From: a phage
Direction: 5' to 3' (one strand)
Sequence record: PZ229304.1
Length of the DNA stretch: 64,000 bases
Shown here: positions 63,993 to 64,000 of the stretch, piece by piece
How positions within the stretch are numbered: position 1 is the first letter of the stretch
Layout of the letters: each line of letters opens with the position of its first letter
Program-made: the position numbers and the translations under genes
Notes under the pieces: generated by a model
What the model was told of the DNA's origin: nothing
Databases searched by the model: none
Seen by the model: only the letters and a program-made list of their open reading frames with translations

Positions 63993-64000
63993 GAGGAGAT

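Noticed and set aside
1-64000. CRISPR array
   Set aside because: No series of regularly spaced direct repeats with unique spacers; the repeated elements are promoter/hairpin cassettes, terminator hairpins and tRNA genes

Overview
The window reads as a segment of a T4-like virulent phage genome with unmodified-cytosine (pseudo-T-even) features; this is inferred from gene content and syntax, not from any database search. Layout: (1) 1-6470, rightward early region of small ORFs, most preceded by a TTGACA promoter plus a conserved GC-rich stem-loop (PeSL-type cassette); (2) 6683-8272, a 1.6 kb AT-rich ORF-free island with Fur-box-like palindromes and other repeats; (3) 8273-19703, about 40 tightly packed rightward small ORFs of unknown function; (4) 19804-55204, one long leftward block encoding a Sir2-like protein, C5- and N6-type DNA methyltransferases, a SLOG/DprA-like protein, a PPP phosphatase, a serine recombinase, an HslV-like peptidase, PhoH, T4-type lysozyme, glutaredoxin, a complete rmlDCAB dTDP-rhamnose operon, nrdB/nrdA, a ThyX-like protein, HAD nucleotidase, thymidine kinase, HNH endonuclease, DEDDh exonuclease, FEN/RNase H-like nuclease, MazG-like protein, ATP-dependent DNA ligase and a three-gene RNA repair set (phosphoesterase, RNA ligase, P-loop kinase); (5) 55613-58311, a rightward PRPP-synthetase-like plus Nampt-like pair matching the published NARP1 NAD+ reconstitution pathway; (6) 59058-62200, an array of about 18 tRNA genes with an embedded HNH endonuclease ORF; (7) 63341-63992, an overlapping spanin pair. 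Strongest candidates for a notable system: the NARP1 pair, the phage Sir2 operon, the split RNA repair cassette, phage-encoded rmlABCD, the Fur-box-bearing non-coding island, and two tRNA-like genes that appear to lack a D-arm. All calls are by-eye motif reading and hand folding; coordinates of small features may be off by a few bases.
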